A stretch of 64,000 nt of DNA from Bdellovibrio sp. (GCA_036677065.1 JAKFBS010000004.1:224001-288000); one strand, 5' to 3'. Numbered from the stretch's first letter, positions 36,848-46,712 are shown. The notes: a model not told the origin generated them from the sequence alone. A program made the numbers and translations.

Positions 36848-37527
36848 TTTTATCGCTCGCGATTAATGGAGCATTCGCTGCTGATGAAGCAAAAGAACTC
36901 ATCCAGCAGGTAAAGCAGGCTCCTGCGCAAGTAGCGCCGGCGGCGCCATCACGTAAACTTTTAAAACGCGTTCGTCGCAAAAGACCAGTCGTTACTGAAG
37001 CTGAGCTGATGTCTAAGATAGGTTTTTCTGCAGGAGCCGTAGCTTGGGGCGAACAAATTCTTCTGCGAACAGCAGATGGGCGCACTGAAAATATTTTGGT
37101 TGAATACACTGGCCTTGCGGTGGGGTTAGATTACACACTTACGGGCGATCTGGCGGGTTGGTACACTTCAGTAAAAACAATGCTTCTTCAAGGTCAGGCG
37201 CAGGCCGAAGGTCAATCTATCACTTATCAAAACAAAGTCGATGCAGTCACAGCAGTTTTTGCCACGACAGGCCTTAGGTTTTACCCACATGAAAAAGTGA
37301 ATGTGACTTTGAGTGCAGGAGCAACCTATTACAAATTGCAGCTAGAGCCACCGACTTCGGTAGTGACCAGCTACGATTTTAAATACTCTGAAGACATACA
37401 GCCTGTGGCCCAGTTGCAACTTGGATGGATGTTAAATGAGTCGTTATTATTTCAACAGGAGATCTTTGCCGCTGCTAAAAACAATGTTTCTGCCGGCTGG
37501 ATTGTCTCACTTGGATACGTTTTTTAG
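36811..37527 (+). CDS. Putative small outer-membrane beta-barrel protein
   Basis: Signal peptide, basic linker, beta strands, C-terminal VSLGYVF. Confidence 0.7.
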   Translation: MVNTITNTFIFIILSLAINGAFAADEAKELIQQVKQAPAQVAPAAPSRKLLKRVRRKRPVVTEAELMSKIGFSAGAVAWGEQILLRTADGRTENILVEYTGLAVGLDYTLTGDLAGWYTSVKTMLLQGQAQAEGQSITYQNKVDAVTAVFATTGLRFYPHEKVNVTLSAGATYYKLQLEPPTSVVTSYDFKYSEDIQPVAQLQLGWMLNESLLFQQEIFAAAKNNVSAGWIVSLGYVF

Positions 37528-37680
37528 ATTCTGATAGACTTTTGGTGTCTAGGTAGTTTTCAAACGCGAAATTTCATAAATAAGTTCGACAGCAAACTGT
37601 ATCGATCAGGTACGTTTTCGAAACTAGTCTATACAAATTAATTGTGCCCCCCCAAAATAGTAAGTGGGGGAACGAAAACT

Positions 37681-39252
37681 ATGCGCTATAAACATTCACT
37701 GTTTATTTCTTTTGTTGCTATTGGTTTGATGACCACTCAGAATTCTGGGGCTGCGAGCAAACTTAACGACGTTGAAATTTTCAATCGTTGTTATTTAAAG
37801 CTATTTAAAATGGTTGTGCCACGCACTGCCAGCCTTGGTAAAACTTTGACTGACACTATTTACAGTAAAAAAATTACGGGCCCTGCGGCTTGTATGGTTT
37901 TACTTGAGCAGTCTGAGTTTATGGATAACGGTAAACTTCGTGCCGCGAAGTACTCGAATTATCCTAAGTTAAGCGAACAAGAGACAAAAAAACTTATCGC
38001 TAACTTACATAATTTTCATAATACATGGTTTAGTAAAAAAGCTTTCGTTTTTTCAACCAACGGATCTGACACATCAACATACGCTATTAAAGATAACGAT
38101 GAACCATCATTATACTTTACGCGTGCTTTGTTTGGCAGTGCTGTTCCTATTTCAACGGCTTTCACTGGCACAAAGACCTTACGTGGTTTACGTGAAACAC
38201 CAGATAAGATGGCTACAAAACGTTGGCAGTCTAAACCAATGAATATCTTAAATGAAGCTAACTTCGGTAATGCTTCGGGTTTTGTGATGGCTTCAGGCCC
38301 AGGTGCTACTGCGGCTTCAATTGTCGTCAAAGATGAAGATCTTGTGCCGTTTGGTAAATTATATGGTATTGAAGAAGCTAAACCGCTAATTGTTCCGAAT
38401 GTGGTGATCAGTAATCAGGGTAACGTTTCAGCAACAATTCGTACACAGATCACGCAGGCAATTGCTTTAAAGATTAAAGATGTAAATTTATTCGAGCACT
38501 TAGGTGGTGGTATTTTAGGTTCGCAGGTTTTCATTATGAAAAACACGAATTTAAGCGTGGGCCAAATTGCTCCGGGCGCTAATAATGATAAAGATGATGT
38601 GGTTGCACGTCGTATTTCAAGTCGCGTTTTTGAAGATTTATTATGTCACCAAATGCCTACATTAAGTGAAGCCGACGTGCGTGGTGATGTGATTGAAAAT
38701 TCTCCGCATGGTTTTAGAATTAACTCTTCATGCATGGCTTGTCATACATCGTTAGATCCGATGGCGTATACAATGAGAAATTTTGCGCCGTACAGAACTT
38801 CAAACAATGAAATGCCACCGGCAACACCTGAAGGCAATGCGATTCGTGCCAAAGGAACTCCGGTTTTGGGTATTACAAGATTACCAGCAGTTGATGGTTC
38901 GGGTCACTTTGCTTTGCAAGCGCCAACAGGTGCATTGAACTATCGTGACCACACAAACAAGTTAATTAAAATTCCGGTAAAAAATTTAAATGAATTAGGT
39001 GCAGCGATTGCGAACAGCGATGATTTCTACCGTTGCGTAGCAAAACGTTATTACAGCTATTTTACTGGTTATGATGTGAATTTAGCAGAACGCAATGTTC
39101 CTGAATCCAGCAACACGAAAGAAGCTAAATTTCACCGCGCGAAAGTTTACTCGATCGCCGCAAATCTTAAGAAAAGTCAGAACATGACATCAATGATCAA
39201 AGAAATTGTCAGCAGTGAGGCCTTTGTTTATCGCCAATATTCACCTCCGTAA
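37681..39252 (+). CDS. Secreted monoheme c-type cytochrome-domain protein (DUF1588/DUF1585-like)
   Basis: Signal peptide; RRISSRVFEDLLC, CMACHTSLDPMA and ELGAAIA.SDDFYRCVAKRYY...IVSSEAF. Confidence 0.75.
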   Translation: MRYKHSLFISFVAIGLMTTQNSGAASKLNDVEIFNRCYLKLFKMVVPRTASLGKTLTDTIYSKKITGPAACMVLLEQSEFMDNGKLRAAKYSNYPKLSEQETKKLIANLHNFHNTWFSKKAFVFSTNGSDTSTYAIKDNDEPSLYFTRALFGSAVPISTAFTGTKTLRGLRETPDKMATKRWQSKPMNILNEANFGNASGFVMASGPGATAASIVVKDEDLVPFGKLYGIEEAKPLIVPNVVISNQGNVSATIRTQITQAIALKIKDVNLFEHLGGGILGSQVFIMKNTNLSVGQIAPGANNDKDDVVARRISSRVFEDLLCHQMPTLSEADVRGDVIENSPHGFRINSSCMACHTSLDPMAYTMRNFAPYRTSNNEMPPATPEGNAIRAKGTPVLGITRLPAVDGSGHFALQAPTGALNYRDHTNKLIKIPVKNLNELGAAIANSDDFYRCVAKRYYSYFTGYDVNLAERNVPESSNTKEAKFHRAKVYSIAANLKKSQNMTSMIKEIVSSEAFVYRQYSPP

Positions 39253-39307
39253 AACGGAATCAGTGAATAAGGGGTTGGCGAATAAATAATTTCAGGGGGA
39301 AAACAGA

Positions 39308-40948
39308 ATGGGTAACGGACAAAGTCGTAGAAAATTTTTAGAAAACGCAACAAAGAGCCTAGGTTTAGTAGGGATATCTCCTATGATGTCTAACTTTATT
39401 GTGCAGACTCTTTCTTCTCAGGTTCTTGCAGCTGGAACAACAAACAGCGGCGGTTCAGATAAAATTTATATCTTTTTTGCATTACCAGGTGGGCCACCAC
39501 GTTGGTTTTTTGATCTGCCATTAACTCCTAACGGAACTACGGCAAAACCCACAGATAATTTTTCGCATACTGGTGTTGCTACTTATGTGGGTATGGCAGG
39601 AGCCGGTGATCCACAAGCCATATACAAACCATGGCGTGATCCAGTCAGTAAATACTGGTTACCACCGGTGTGGGGTTCAAACCCTTCAGGCGGAAGCTTT
39701 AAAAACTGTTTAGCCAATGCAGCTTTTATCCGCGGTGTTGATTTTGAAATTAATAATCATGACTTAGGCAGATTACGTAACCAATCACCAATTATCGGTG
39801 GGTTATCAATTGCGGGCCTATTAGCTGAAAAAACAAATTCAGCATTTCCGGCAGCTTCTGCCGGAAGTATCGGCGCAGCATTCAAGGCTGGTAAACCAAT
39901 GTCTCCGGTGGGGTTAAATTATGCGGTATCAGCTACCGCTAATCCAATTTCAACAACGATGCGCTACTTTGCAGGCCGCGCGCCGGTTGAAAATTTAGCG
40001 GTCAATCAAGCTTTATCAGAGTTTGATAAATACGCTGATAAAAATAATTTTATCCAAAAAGGTTTAACTGAATCAAAAGACAGATCTGATGCTTTAGTTC
40101 AGCAAGGTGTAAGTACTTTTACTGATAAATGGCAGCCAACTTACGATAAATATTTATTAAAAGTTAAAGAGGCGATGTCTATGAATAACACTTCGCCATT
40201 CATGGATACTAAACCTATTACACCGCCGAAAATGACTACGGCAGGAACACCAGATATTCGGTCACGCCGCGGTGACGCTCAATTTATGGGTGATTTATCA
40301 GATTACCGCAACATGGTGAATGACCAAACGACGGTGGCTAATTTAGCTGCGACATTTGCTACGGTTGAAATTTTAATCACTATGGGTTTAACCCAAGTTG
40401 TGACAACTGATTTAGGTGGTATCTCAAATCTAATTTTCAACAACGCCAACGGAAAATTCGGTTTAGCTAACGATCAGCATTTTATCGGTACATTAGTATC
40501 AACAATTGCGACGACCTTCATGTACCGCGCGATGATTAATTGCACTGAAGAATTAGTATTAGCCTTAAAAGAAAAAAATCTATTTGATAAAACTGTTATC
40601 CAGTTTGGAGCCGAGTTTAACCGCACAGCTAAAGCTGATGGTTCTGGTTCAGATCATGGATTTAAAGGAAGTTCAGTTTTATTAATTTCAGGTATGATCA
40701 AAAAAACTGTAGTACTTGGAAATGTTAAAGACGACAATACCGGAGTTTACAAAGGAACTTGGGGTTTGGCAGCGCCACACCCGATCTTGGATAACAAATA
40801 TCCACTGCGTCTTAACGACGTGGCAAAAACCATTTGTGGAATGTTAGGGCTGAAAAACGTTTCTAACAACGGAGAATATATTTTAAATACTGATGGTACT
40901 CAATGGGAAGCGTTCACAGGCGTGAAAGGCGAGGCTAAAAATGTTTAG
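39308..40948 (+). CDS. Tat-exported DUF1501/DUF1552-like protein
   Basis: SRRKFLE twin-arginine signal; IFFALPGG, DQH, EFNRT and GSDH motifs. Confidence 0.78.
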   Translation: MGNGQSRRKFLENATKSLGLVGISPMMSNFIVQTLSSQVLAAGTTNSGGSDKIYIFFALPGGPPRWFFDLPLTPNGTTAKPTDNFSHTGVATYVGMAGAGDPQAIYKPWRDPVSKYWLPPVWGSNPSGGSFKNCLANAAFIRGVDFEINNHDLGRLRNQSPIIGGLSIAGLLAEKTNSAFPAASAGSIGAAFKAGKPMSPVGLNYAVSATANPISTTMRYFAGRAPVENLAVNQALSEFDKYADKNNFIQKGLTESKDRSDALVQQGVSTFTDKWQPTYDKYLLKVKEAMSMNNTSPFMDTKPITPPKMTTAGTPDIRSRRGDAQFMGDLSDYRNMVNDQTTVANLAATFATVEILITMGLTQVVTTDLGGISNLIFNNANGKFGLANDQHFIGTLVSTIATTFMYRAMINCTEELVLALKEKNLFDKTVIQFGAEFNRTAKADGSGSDHGFKGSSVLLISGMIKKTVVLGNVKDDNTGVYKGTWGLAAPHPILDNKYPLRLNDVAKTICGMLGLKNVSNNGEYILNTDGTQWEAFTGVKGEAKNV

Positions 40949-41675
40949 ATCAATGTATGCTCGTATTTCTTTAGTGATAGTTTCGTTATTTGTAATGGTG
41001 CATTTTCAAAACTGTGCGCCCGCTGCAAAAGAAGAATCAGTGCTTGATTCAATGTCAGGGGCTACGCCGATTGATCAAATTCATAGAGATAATGATCACG
41101 GTACAGAAATTCCTATGCAAGAAAAAGTGGCTATGGAGGTTTCAAAATCTTTATTAGACCGCTCAATGATCTATTCATTGTTTGTCGATATTTTCGGTCC
41201 GGATGCAGCAGCAATAACTGCTTTAAATCAATTGCGCGCCGAGCGGGCGGTTTTTGGTGGCCCGTGTTCAGTTTATGAAAATTTTAAATCAGTTCGTGCT
41301 GGCTTAAAGATGGATTCTGAAGCTGAAAGCTGTGCTAACTCTGAAACTGCAAATAACCTAGGTGCACCGGTAAATCCAGTGGCTAATGTTTTACAGCAGG
41401 CTTTAATTAATGACGTTTGTCAGCAAGTGCTCATGAACACGAAAACTTATAACTACGCGATCGCCCAGGTTAAAGAAAGTTCAACTGTCGCGATCCCGGC
41501 AAATACACCGGCAAATGTTTTAAAAGTTTTTCGTTTATTTTATCGCGGTAAACCCGATCCTGATGCTGGTTTAGTTAATAGCTTACAGGTTTTAGTGGGT
41601 GAGCCAGCTACCGCTGACGGGTGGAAGGCAGCGATCTCGACGACTTGTGTTTCAAGTCACTGGCAGGCGTTGTAA
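40941..41675 (+). CDS. Lipoprotein (FQNC lipobox)
   Basis: MVHFQNCAP; 8-bp overlap with the upstream gene; helical C-terminus with several Cys. Confidence 0.75.
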   Translation: MFRSMYARISLVIVSLFVMVHFQNCAPAAKEESVLDSMSGATPIDQIHRDNDHGTEIPMQEKVAMEVSKSLLDRSMIYSLFVDIFGPDAAAITALNQLRAERAVFGGPCSVYENFKSVRAGLKMDSEAESCANSETANNLGAPVNPVANVLQQALINDVCQQVLMNTKTYNYAIAQVKESSTVAIPANTPANVLKVFRLFYRGKPDPDAGLVNSLQVLVGEPATADGWKAAISTTCVSSHWQAL

Positions 41676-42235
41676 TGAAGTACTGGGGGATTTTAGTTTT
41701 ATTAACCACACAACTAACAATGGCAGACCAGGTCGTGCCATTGTTTCGCGATAATAGCATGACAACTTATGTGACAATGCCATTTCGCTTAGAAGCTACA
41801 AACGGTTCAGCCATTCCGATCATGAGTATTGAAGTCACAAGTTCAAAAGAAAATTGCCAGGCGATGATTGATCCAATGATTTCGTCAAATTTTTTAGTCA
41901 AATGCACAAAGACAGATTCACTCGAAGTCGCTGTGTATTTTAAACAAAGTGATGGGTCAATTGCCCGTATTAATTATGGACCGGTGGTGGTCGCAAAAAT
42001 TTCTGACAGCGAGACAGTGTTAATTCCAGTCGTTGATAATGCACTTAAATACAAAGCCGGCCGTGATTTGTATTCAAGCCAGTGTATGAGCTGTCATTTA
42101 AGCCCTTATGATAAACCCAATCGTTCTTTGACTCAGATTAAATCGGCGATTGCAGGAATCACGCGTATGAAATCCATTAAACTGACTGATGCGCAAATCA
42201 AATCCATCAGCGATTATTTAAATAATTTAGATTAG
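41675..42235 (+). CDS. Secreted protein with C-terminal class I cytochrome c domain
   Basis: Signal peptide; GRDLYSSQCMSCH...M...LTDAQIKSISDYL; TAATG stop/start overlap. Confidence 0.82.
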   Translation: MKYWGILVLLTTQLTMADQVVPLFRDNSMTTYVTMPFRLEATNGSAIPIMSIEVTSSKENCQAMIDPMISSNFLVKCTKTDSLEVAVYFKQSDGSIARINYGPVVVAKISDSETVLIPVVDNALKYKAGRDLYSSQCMSCHLSPYDKPNRSLTQIKSAIAGITRMKSIKLTDAQIKSISDYLNNLD

Positions 42236-42247
42236 AAGGAGGGATAT

Positions 42248-42721
42248 ATGATGAAACTTAAAAAAAGTACAAAAAGAATTATCCCACTTTTAGCTTTAAT
42301 GGGATTATTGGTTTTTCAATTTCAAAATTGCGCGCCAAAAAAAGAATTTGCTTTCGAAGACGAAAAAGTTGAAGAAGCGATGAGCTTTTTTGAATACCGT
42401 TATACCAAAGCCACGCCGATTTATTTTGAAATACAGGTGTTGCCAACGACTTCAGATGCCACTTATCAAAATTATGATATTTTAGGTTTTGCAACACCAT
42501 CAGATGGCAGCGATGATCCTATTGAATATAAAATCGATATTTATAATACCAGTCAGCAAAGTATCTGTGCTCAGAAGACAGGGCTACTGACTGCAGGTGA
42601 AACATTAATTAGCGAATCCTGCGTGATTGCGAAAAGTGTAAAAATTGGTACAGCAGTAATACAAGTAAAAAAACAATCCGGAGGAGTTTGGGATGTCTAC
42701 ACAAAACAATACAACGAATAA
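42248..42721 (+). CDS. Lipoprotein (FQNC lipobox)
   Basis: LVFQFQNCAP; AGGAGG RBS. Confidence 0.75.
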   Translation: MMKLKKSTKRIIPLLALMGLLVFQFQNCAPKKEFAFEDEKVEEAMSFFEYRYTKATPIYFEIQVLPTTSDATYQNYDILGFATPSDGSDDPIEYKIDIYNTSQQSICAQKTGLLTAGETLISESCVIAKSVKIGTAVIQVKKQSGGVWDVYTKQYNE

Positions 42722-43208
42722 ACTTAATCTAATGGTCGCAGCCGTGTTACTAACACTGTCGATGCAAGCTAACGCTGGCATGGTCGAAGCCCAAGTGGTG
42801 GTCAACCCAGTCGGTGATTTCGTCGCCGAGTTTAAAGATATCGCAGGTAGCGCTTATGCTGATGGTGATTCTTATAAAGCCGATACGTTTGTCATTCCCT
42901 GGTCAAAGCTAAGCACGGGCATGAGTGTTCGAGATAAGCATGCCAAAGATTATTTTAATGCATCCAAATACCCAAATATCGAAATTGCAACGGCCTTAGG
43001 TAAGGGCGGTAATGGGGTAGCAAAAGTAAAAATGAATAACGTTGAGAAGATCGTCAAAGGCAAGTACGTCAAAGACGGTAATAACCTGATTGCCGAATTT
43101 GAACTGAAATTAAGTCTATTTAATGTGAACAACATTAATTTCAAAGGTGCGGGCGTGGAAGACAAAGTCAAAGTTAAAGTCACCGTTCCAATTATAGCAA
43201 AAAAGTAA
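42693..43208 (+). CDS. YceI-family periplasmic protein
   Basis: LSTGMSVRDKHAKDYFNASKYPNI motif; signal peptide. Confidence 0.8.
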   Translation: MSTQNNTTNKLNLMVAAVLLTLSMQANAGMVEAQVVVNPVGDFVAEFKDIAGSAYADGDSYKADTFVIPWSKLSTGMSVRDKHAKDYFNASKYPNIEIATALGKGGNGVAKVKMNNVEKIVKGKYVKDGNNLIAEFELKLSLFNVNNINFKGAGVEDKVKVKVTVPIIAKK

Positions 43209-43229
43209 ATCTTGATTTGAGACACATAG

Positions 43230-43251
43230 GGCCTTTTGCTGTCAAAAGGCC
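43230..43251. terminator. Stem-loop after the YceI gene (possible terminator)
   Basis: GGCCTTTTG-CTGT-CAAAAGGCC; no clear U-tract. Confidence 0.5.
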
Positions 43252-43322
43252 TGACAAATGTAGACGAATAGCATGACAGCGTCTTAAATTGCTCCGTTCA
43301 ACTAACATAAATTGTCACTAAC

Positions 43323-43340
43323 TAGGCACGGTATTCGCTT
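43323..43340 (+). promoter_or_regulatory. Putative sigma54 promoter
   Basis: TAGGCACGGTATTCGCTT (GGCACG...GC, GG-N10-GC), about 30 bp before ATG 43368. Confidence 0.55.
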
Positions 43341-43367
43341 TATATCTCTTCGGGTGAGGGAAAAGAT

Positions 43368-44204
43368 ATGAAGCATATTTTATTTCTATGTTTAGTCCTT
43401 GCGGCATGTATTGCAAATGCACAAGTTTTTACAACCGAGATCGTCGATACGCCACCATTTCAGATCTCAATTCAAGATACGACAGATCCCAATTTAGAAA
43501 TTAAATCTTCTGGTGCGGCCACAGAGGCTGCAGCTGTTGAAGATTGCGTTGGTTGTGTTGAGAGCACATCTAAAGCGCCACAGGCCTTAGCAAGCGTTCA
43601 CGAGACTGGTCAGCACTTAGAACGAGTGATCGTCGAAGAAGGCTGGCAGAATTCATGTGATGGGTTTGTTAAAGATGGCAAAATCGGATTGTATGGTCAA
43701 ATTGTTCGCGAAGAAATAATGAAACCAACAGCTTTAAAAAATATAAAAGCAGGCGATGATGATTTAAGCCGTCTGTGCCCGAATTACCCATCAATGAATA
43801 CGAGCAGTAAAGCCAATGTGATTTTATTAATAATGACTTCAATGGCTTTTGAAGAGAGCTCTTGTAATAATAATAAATCAGCCCGCGGGCCTAACGGTAC
43901 GGCTAAAGGATTTTTTCAGTTACATTCGGGCCGCGAATCAAACTACAGTTCAGAGTGTGCAAATTATGACAGCCGTACTCCGCGTGGCAGCATCACATGT
44001 GCACTAAGTATGCTTGATAAACAAATGGGTGACGGCAATTTATTTCGCCAAGAAGAAAACTATTGGGATGTGTTACGCCCTAAACGTTGGAGTAAAAAAA
44101 CTAAAAGCTATTTTCCAAATCCTTCGTTTCACGAGATTAGAAGTGCGATTTCAAGTTTTGAACCATGCACCGGAAAACAGATTTCGGTTGCTGATAACGA
44201 TTAA
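43368..44204 (+). CDS. Secreted lytic-transglycosylase (SLT/lysozyme-like) protein, paralog of 22478..23284
   Basis: SMAFEESS, GPNGTAKGFFQL, CPNY and YWDVLRP; signal peptide. Confidence 0.75.
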   Translation: MKHILFLCLVLAACIANAQVFTTEIVDTPPFQISIQDTTDPNLEIKSSGAATEAAAVEDCVGCVESTSKAPQALASVHETGQHLERVIVEEGWQNSCDGFVKDGKIGLYGQIVREEIMKPTALKNIKAGDDDLSRLCPNYPSMNTSSKANVILLIMTSMAFEESSCNNNKSARGPNGTAKGFFQLHSGRESNYSSECANYDSRTPRGSITCALSMLDKQMGDGNLFRQEENYWDVLRPKRWSKKTKSYFPNPSFHEIRSAISSFEPCTGKQISVADND

Positions 44205-45010
44205 ACTTTACGAAAATACTTCTGTTGTAAGAAAGCGCATAACGATGCGCCTGATAAAACGATGCTCCAGACAACTAAGAGCCACAGCATAAAAATCGGA
44301 AACGATGCCAGTGAACCGTAGATTTTGTTCTGTCTAAATACTTTTAACGAAACCCATAAAAATGAACTCTGAACCACAGCTATGCCTAATGCGGCCAAGC
44401 CTGCGCTAATTAAGCTTGCGCGCTTAGATACTTTTGTATCTGGCACAACGGTGTATAAAATCCATAAAGCTAAACCAATCACCAGGCCAAATAAAAATTG
44501 TTGATGTACAGTTGATCCCAGTTTTTCGATGATTTTAACTGAACGCAACCCAATAAAGCCGGCAAGTAATACCGGAAGGCTGACTAAAACAATTGAGTGC
44601 AACCACATACGCTTGATAAACGGCTTACGCGGTTTAATGCGCCATAAATGATGAAAAGCAGTATCGATGTTTCTGAATAAGCCAATCGTCGTAAATAAAA
44701 GAAAGATAACGCCTGTGTAACCAAGTGTGCGCGATTGGATTTTAGTGACCGAGGTTTTTAAGTATTGTGTGACTGTGTTGCCTGTGGCTTCTTTTAAATA
44801 AGACATCAGTAAGCTTTCAACCTGCGGATAAAGCTTTTCTAATTCTCCCACCGATTGAAACACCGCTAAAATAACTACTAAAAAGGGTACCGTCGCAAAT
44901 AAAGTCGAATAAGATAAACTGGCTGCAGCGAAACGAATTTCTGCGAACTCATCCGAGAGTTTACGCAAAAAAGTTTTAAAGTTTGCCAGAGCTGCTTTTA
45001 CTCCAGCCAA
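44201..45010 (-). CDS. YihY/virulence factor BrkB family membrane protein
   Basis: AASLSYSTLFATVP and IYGSLASFPIFMLWL motifs; multiple TM helices. Confidence 0.9.
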   Translation of the reverse strand: MAGVKAALANFKTFLRKLSDEFAEIRFAAASLSYSTLFATVPFLVVILAVFQSVGELEKLYPQVESLLMSYLKEATGNTVTQYLKTSVTKIQSRTLGYTGVIFLLFTTIGLFRNIDTAFHHLWRIKPRKPFIKRMWLHSIVLVSLPVLLAGFIGLRSVKIIEKLGSTVHQQFLFGLVIGLALWILYTVVPDTKVSKRASLISAGLAALGIAVVQSSFLWVSLKVFRQNKIYGSLASFPIFMLWLLVVWSIVLSGASLCAFLQQKYFRKV

Positions 45011-45909
45011 AAGCGTTCCTTAACTTTAAAATCCGATTTATCACTTTCAACAGTGGCGACATCACAATAGGGATCATGTTCAAAAAATAAATACGTATTT
45101 TTTTCTAGCGATGATTTTAACAGGGCTGTTTTTTCTTCGATGACTTTCAGGGGATGTAAATCATAACCCATCACCCAGGCCGCTCTAATATGCGATGCGG
45201 TTGGAATCACATCTCCGCAATAAATTAATTTCTGGGTTTCATCTTCAACAATAACAACCTGATGAGCTGTCGTGTGGCCATCAGAAACCCATACTGAAAT
45301 ATTCGGTAATAGGTTTTTAGTTTCGCCATTCACTAATTTTAAAACACCGGCATCTAAAAGCGGTTGAAAATTAGGAGCTAAGTAGCTGGCTTTTTCACGA
45401 ACGTTTGGATGTTGAGCTGTCTTTAAGTTTTCAGCCTGCACATAATACTGGGCTTTAGGAAAAGTCGGTTTGACCATATTATCAATAGCACTTGTTGCGC
45501 CGCCAGCGTGATCAAAATGTAAATGTGTAAGAATGACGTCAGTAATATCATTTGCGGTTAAACCATGGGCTGCTAATGAACTTTTAAGACTGGGGCCTGA
45601 ATCATCGACACTGTAGAGTTCGGCAAATTTTGCTCCTAGTTTATCTCCGTATTTGGCGATAAAGTCAGATCCATTGCCACAATCAACTAACACATTACGG
45701 TCAGCAGATTTTAATAATAAAGCGCGTGCTTCCATCGGGATGCGGTTATGTTCGTCGGCGGGATTGGTTTTTTCCCAGAGCGCTTTAGGAACCGTGCCAA
45801 ACATGGCGCCACCATCCAGGCCAAATAGGCCAGTCGGTAAGGGAATAATTTCATAACCACCAATGTTTAAATGAATTTTTGGATGATTAGTTTTCATCAG
45901 AACCTTCAT
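44998..45909 (-). CDS. MBL-fold metallo-hydrolase (YtnP-like)
   Basis: LDGGAMFG.VPK, THLHFDHAGG, GHT, MGYD and FEHD motifs. Confidence 0.92.
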   Translation of the reverse strand: MKVLMKTNHPKIHLNIGGYEIIPLPTGLFGLDGGAMFGTVPKALWEKTNPADEHNRIPMEARALLLKSADRNVLVDCGNGSDFIAKYGDKLGAKFAELYSVDDSGPSLKSSLAAHGLTANDITDVILTHLHFDHAGGATSAIDNMVKPTFPKAQYYVQAENLKTAQHPNVREKASYLAPNFQPLLDAGVLKLVNGETKNLLPNISVWVSDGHTTAHQVVIVEDETQKLIYCGDVIPTASHIRAAWVMGYDLHPLKVIEEKTALLKSSLEKNTYLFFEHDPYCDVATVESDKSDFKVKERFWLE

Positions 45910-46708
45910 CAGTATTTTCGTCAGTCGTTAATTCTTGTAATGTTTTTTCACTGGTATCTTCAGTGTAATTTGCATCGGTTAAATCATCTGGCAAGATCGA
46001 TGGGTCAATGGTTTTAACCCAATTGATATAATTTTGATAAACCACTTCAATATTTGTAGGCTCTTGCACAGGGCCTATATGCACAGTTAGTTTACCGGGT
46101 CTGGCAAAAATAGCCCCTTTGGGCCAAAGTTTTAAATTACCTTCGATATAGATAAATAAAATCGGTGTTTTTGTTTTTTCAGCAAAAATGCTGATACCGC
46201 GTTTAAATTCCTGCAGTTTTCCGTCTTTAGAGCGGGTACCTTCCGGAAAGATAATCAGCCACATACGGTCTAAATCTCTAAGTAAGGTCAGAATTAAATT
46301 TACGGCTTCACCTTTACGGTCTTTACGGTCGATAGGAATCGCCCCTAAACAATTGGCCGAAAAAAAAGTAAATAGTGGATTTTTGAAAAAGTAATCTTTT
46401 GCTGCCGCGATATAAAGATCAAACCAATGTTTGCGAGGAATACTTGCGGCAATAGATGTCGCATCTAAGTGTGAGGCATGATTTGAAATAATAATCAGTT
46501 TTTTATGTTTTTCATAAAGTTCGTCAAAATTACCGCCCTTAACTGAAAGACGGATATACATGGTGTAAAACCATTTTTTTAAAATAATAAACCAGATAAA
46601 ACGAACAACTTTACTTGTTAAATCATAGTGATGAGTAAAAAGAGGAAGATGCTTTAAATGACCCGGAAGTTTTGTCCACTGATCGTTGTCATAGTTCCAC
46701 TCACGCAT
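45887..46708 (-). CDS. Lysophospholipid acyltransferase (PlsC family)
   Basis: NHASHLD and FPEGTRS motifs. Confidence 0.92.
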   Translation of the reverse strand: MREWNYDNDQWTKLPGHLKHLPLFTHHYDLTSKVVRFIWFIILKKWFYTMYIRLSVKGGNFDELYEKHKKLIIISNHASHLDATSIAASIPRKHWFDLYIAAAKDYFFKNPLFTFFSANCLGAIPIDRKDRKGEAVNLILTLLRDLDRMWLIIFPEGTRSKDGKLQEFKRGISIFAEKTKTPILFIYIEGNLKLWPKGAIFARPGKLTVHIGPVQEPTNIEVVYQNYINWVKTIDPSILPDDLTDANYTEDTSEKTLQELTTDENTDEGSDEN

Positions 46709-46712
46709 AAGG

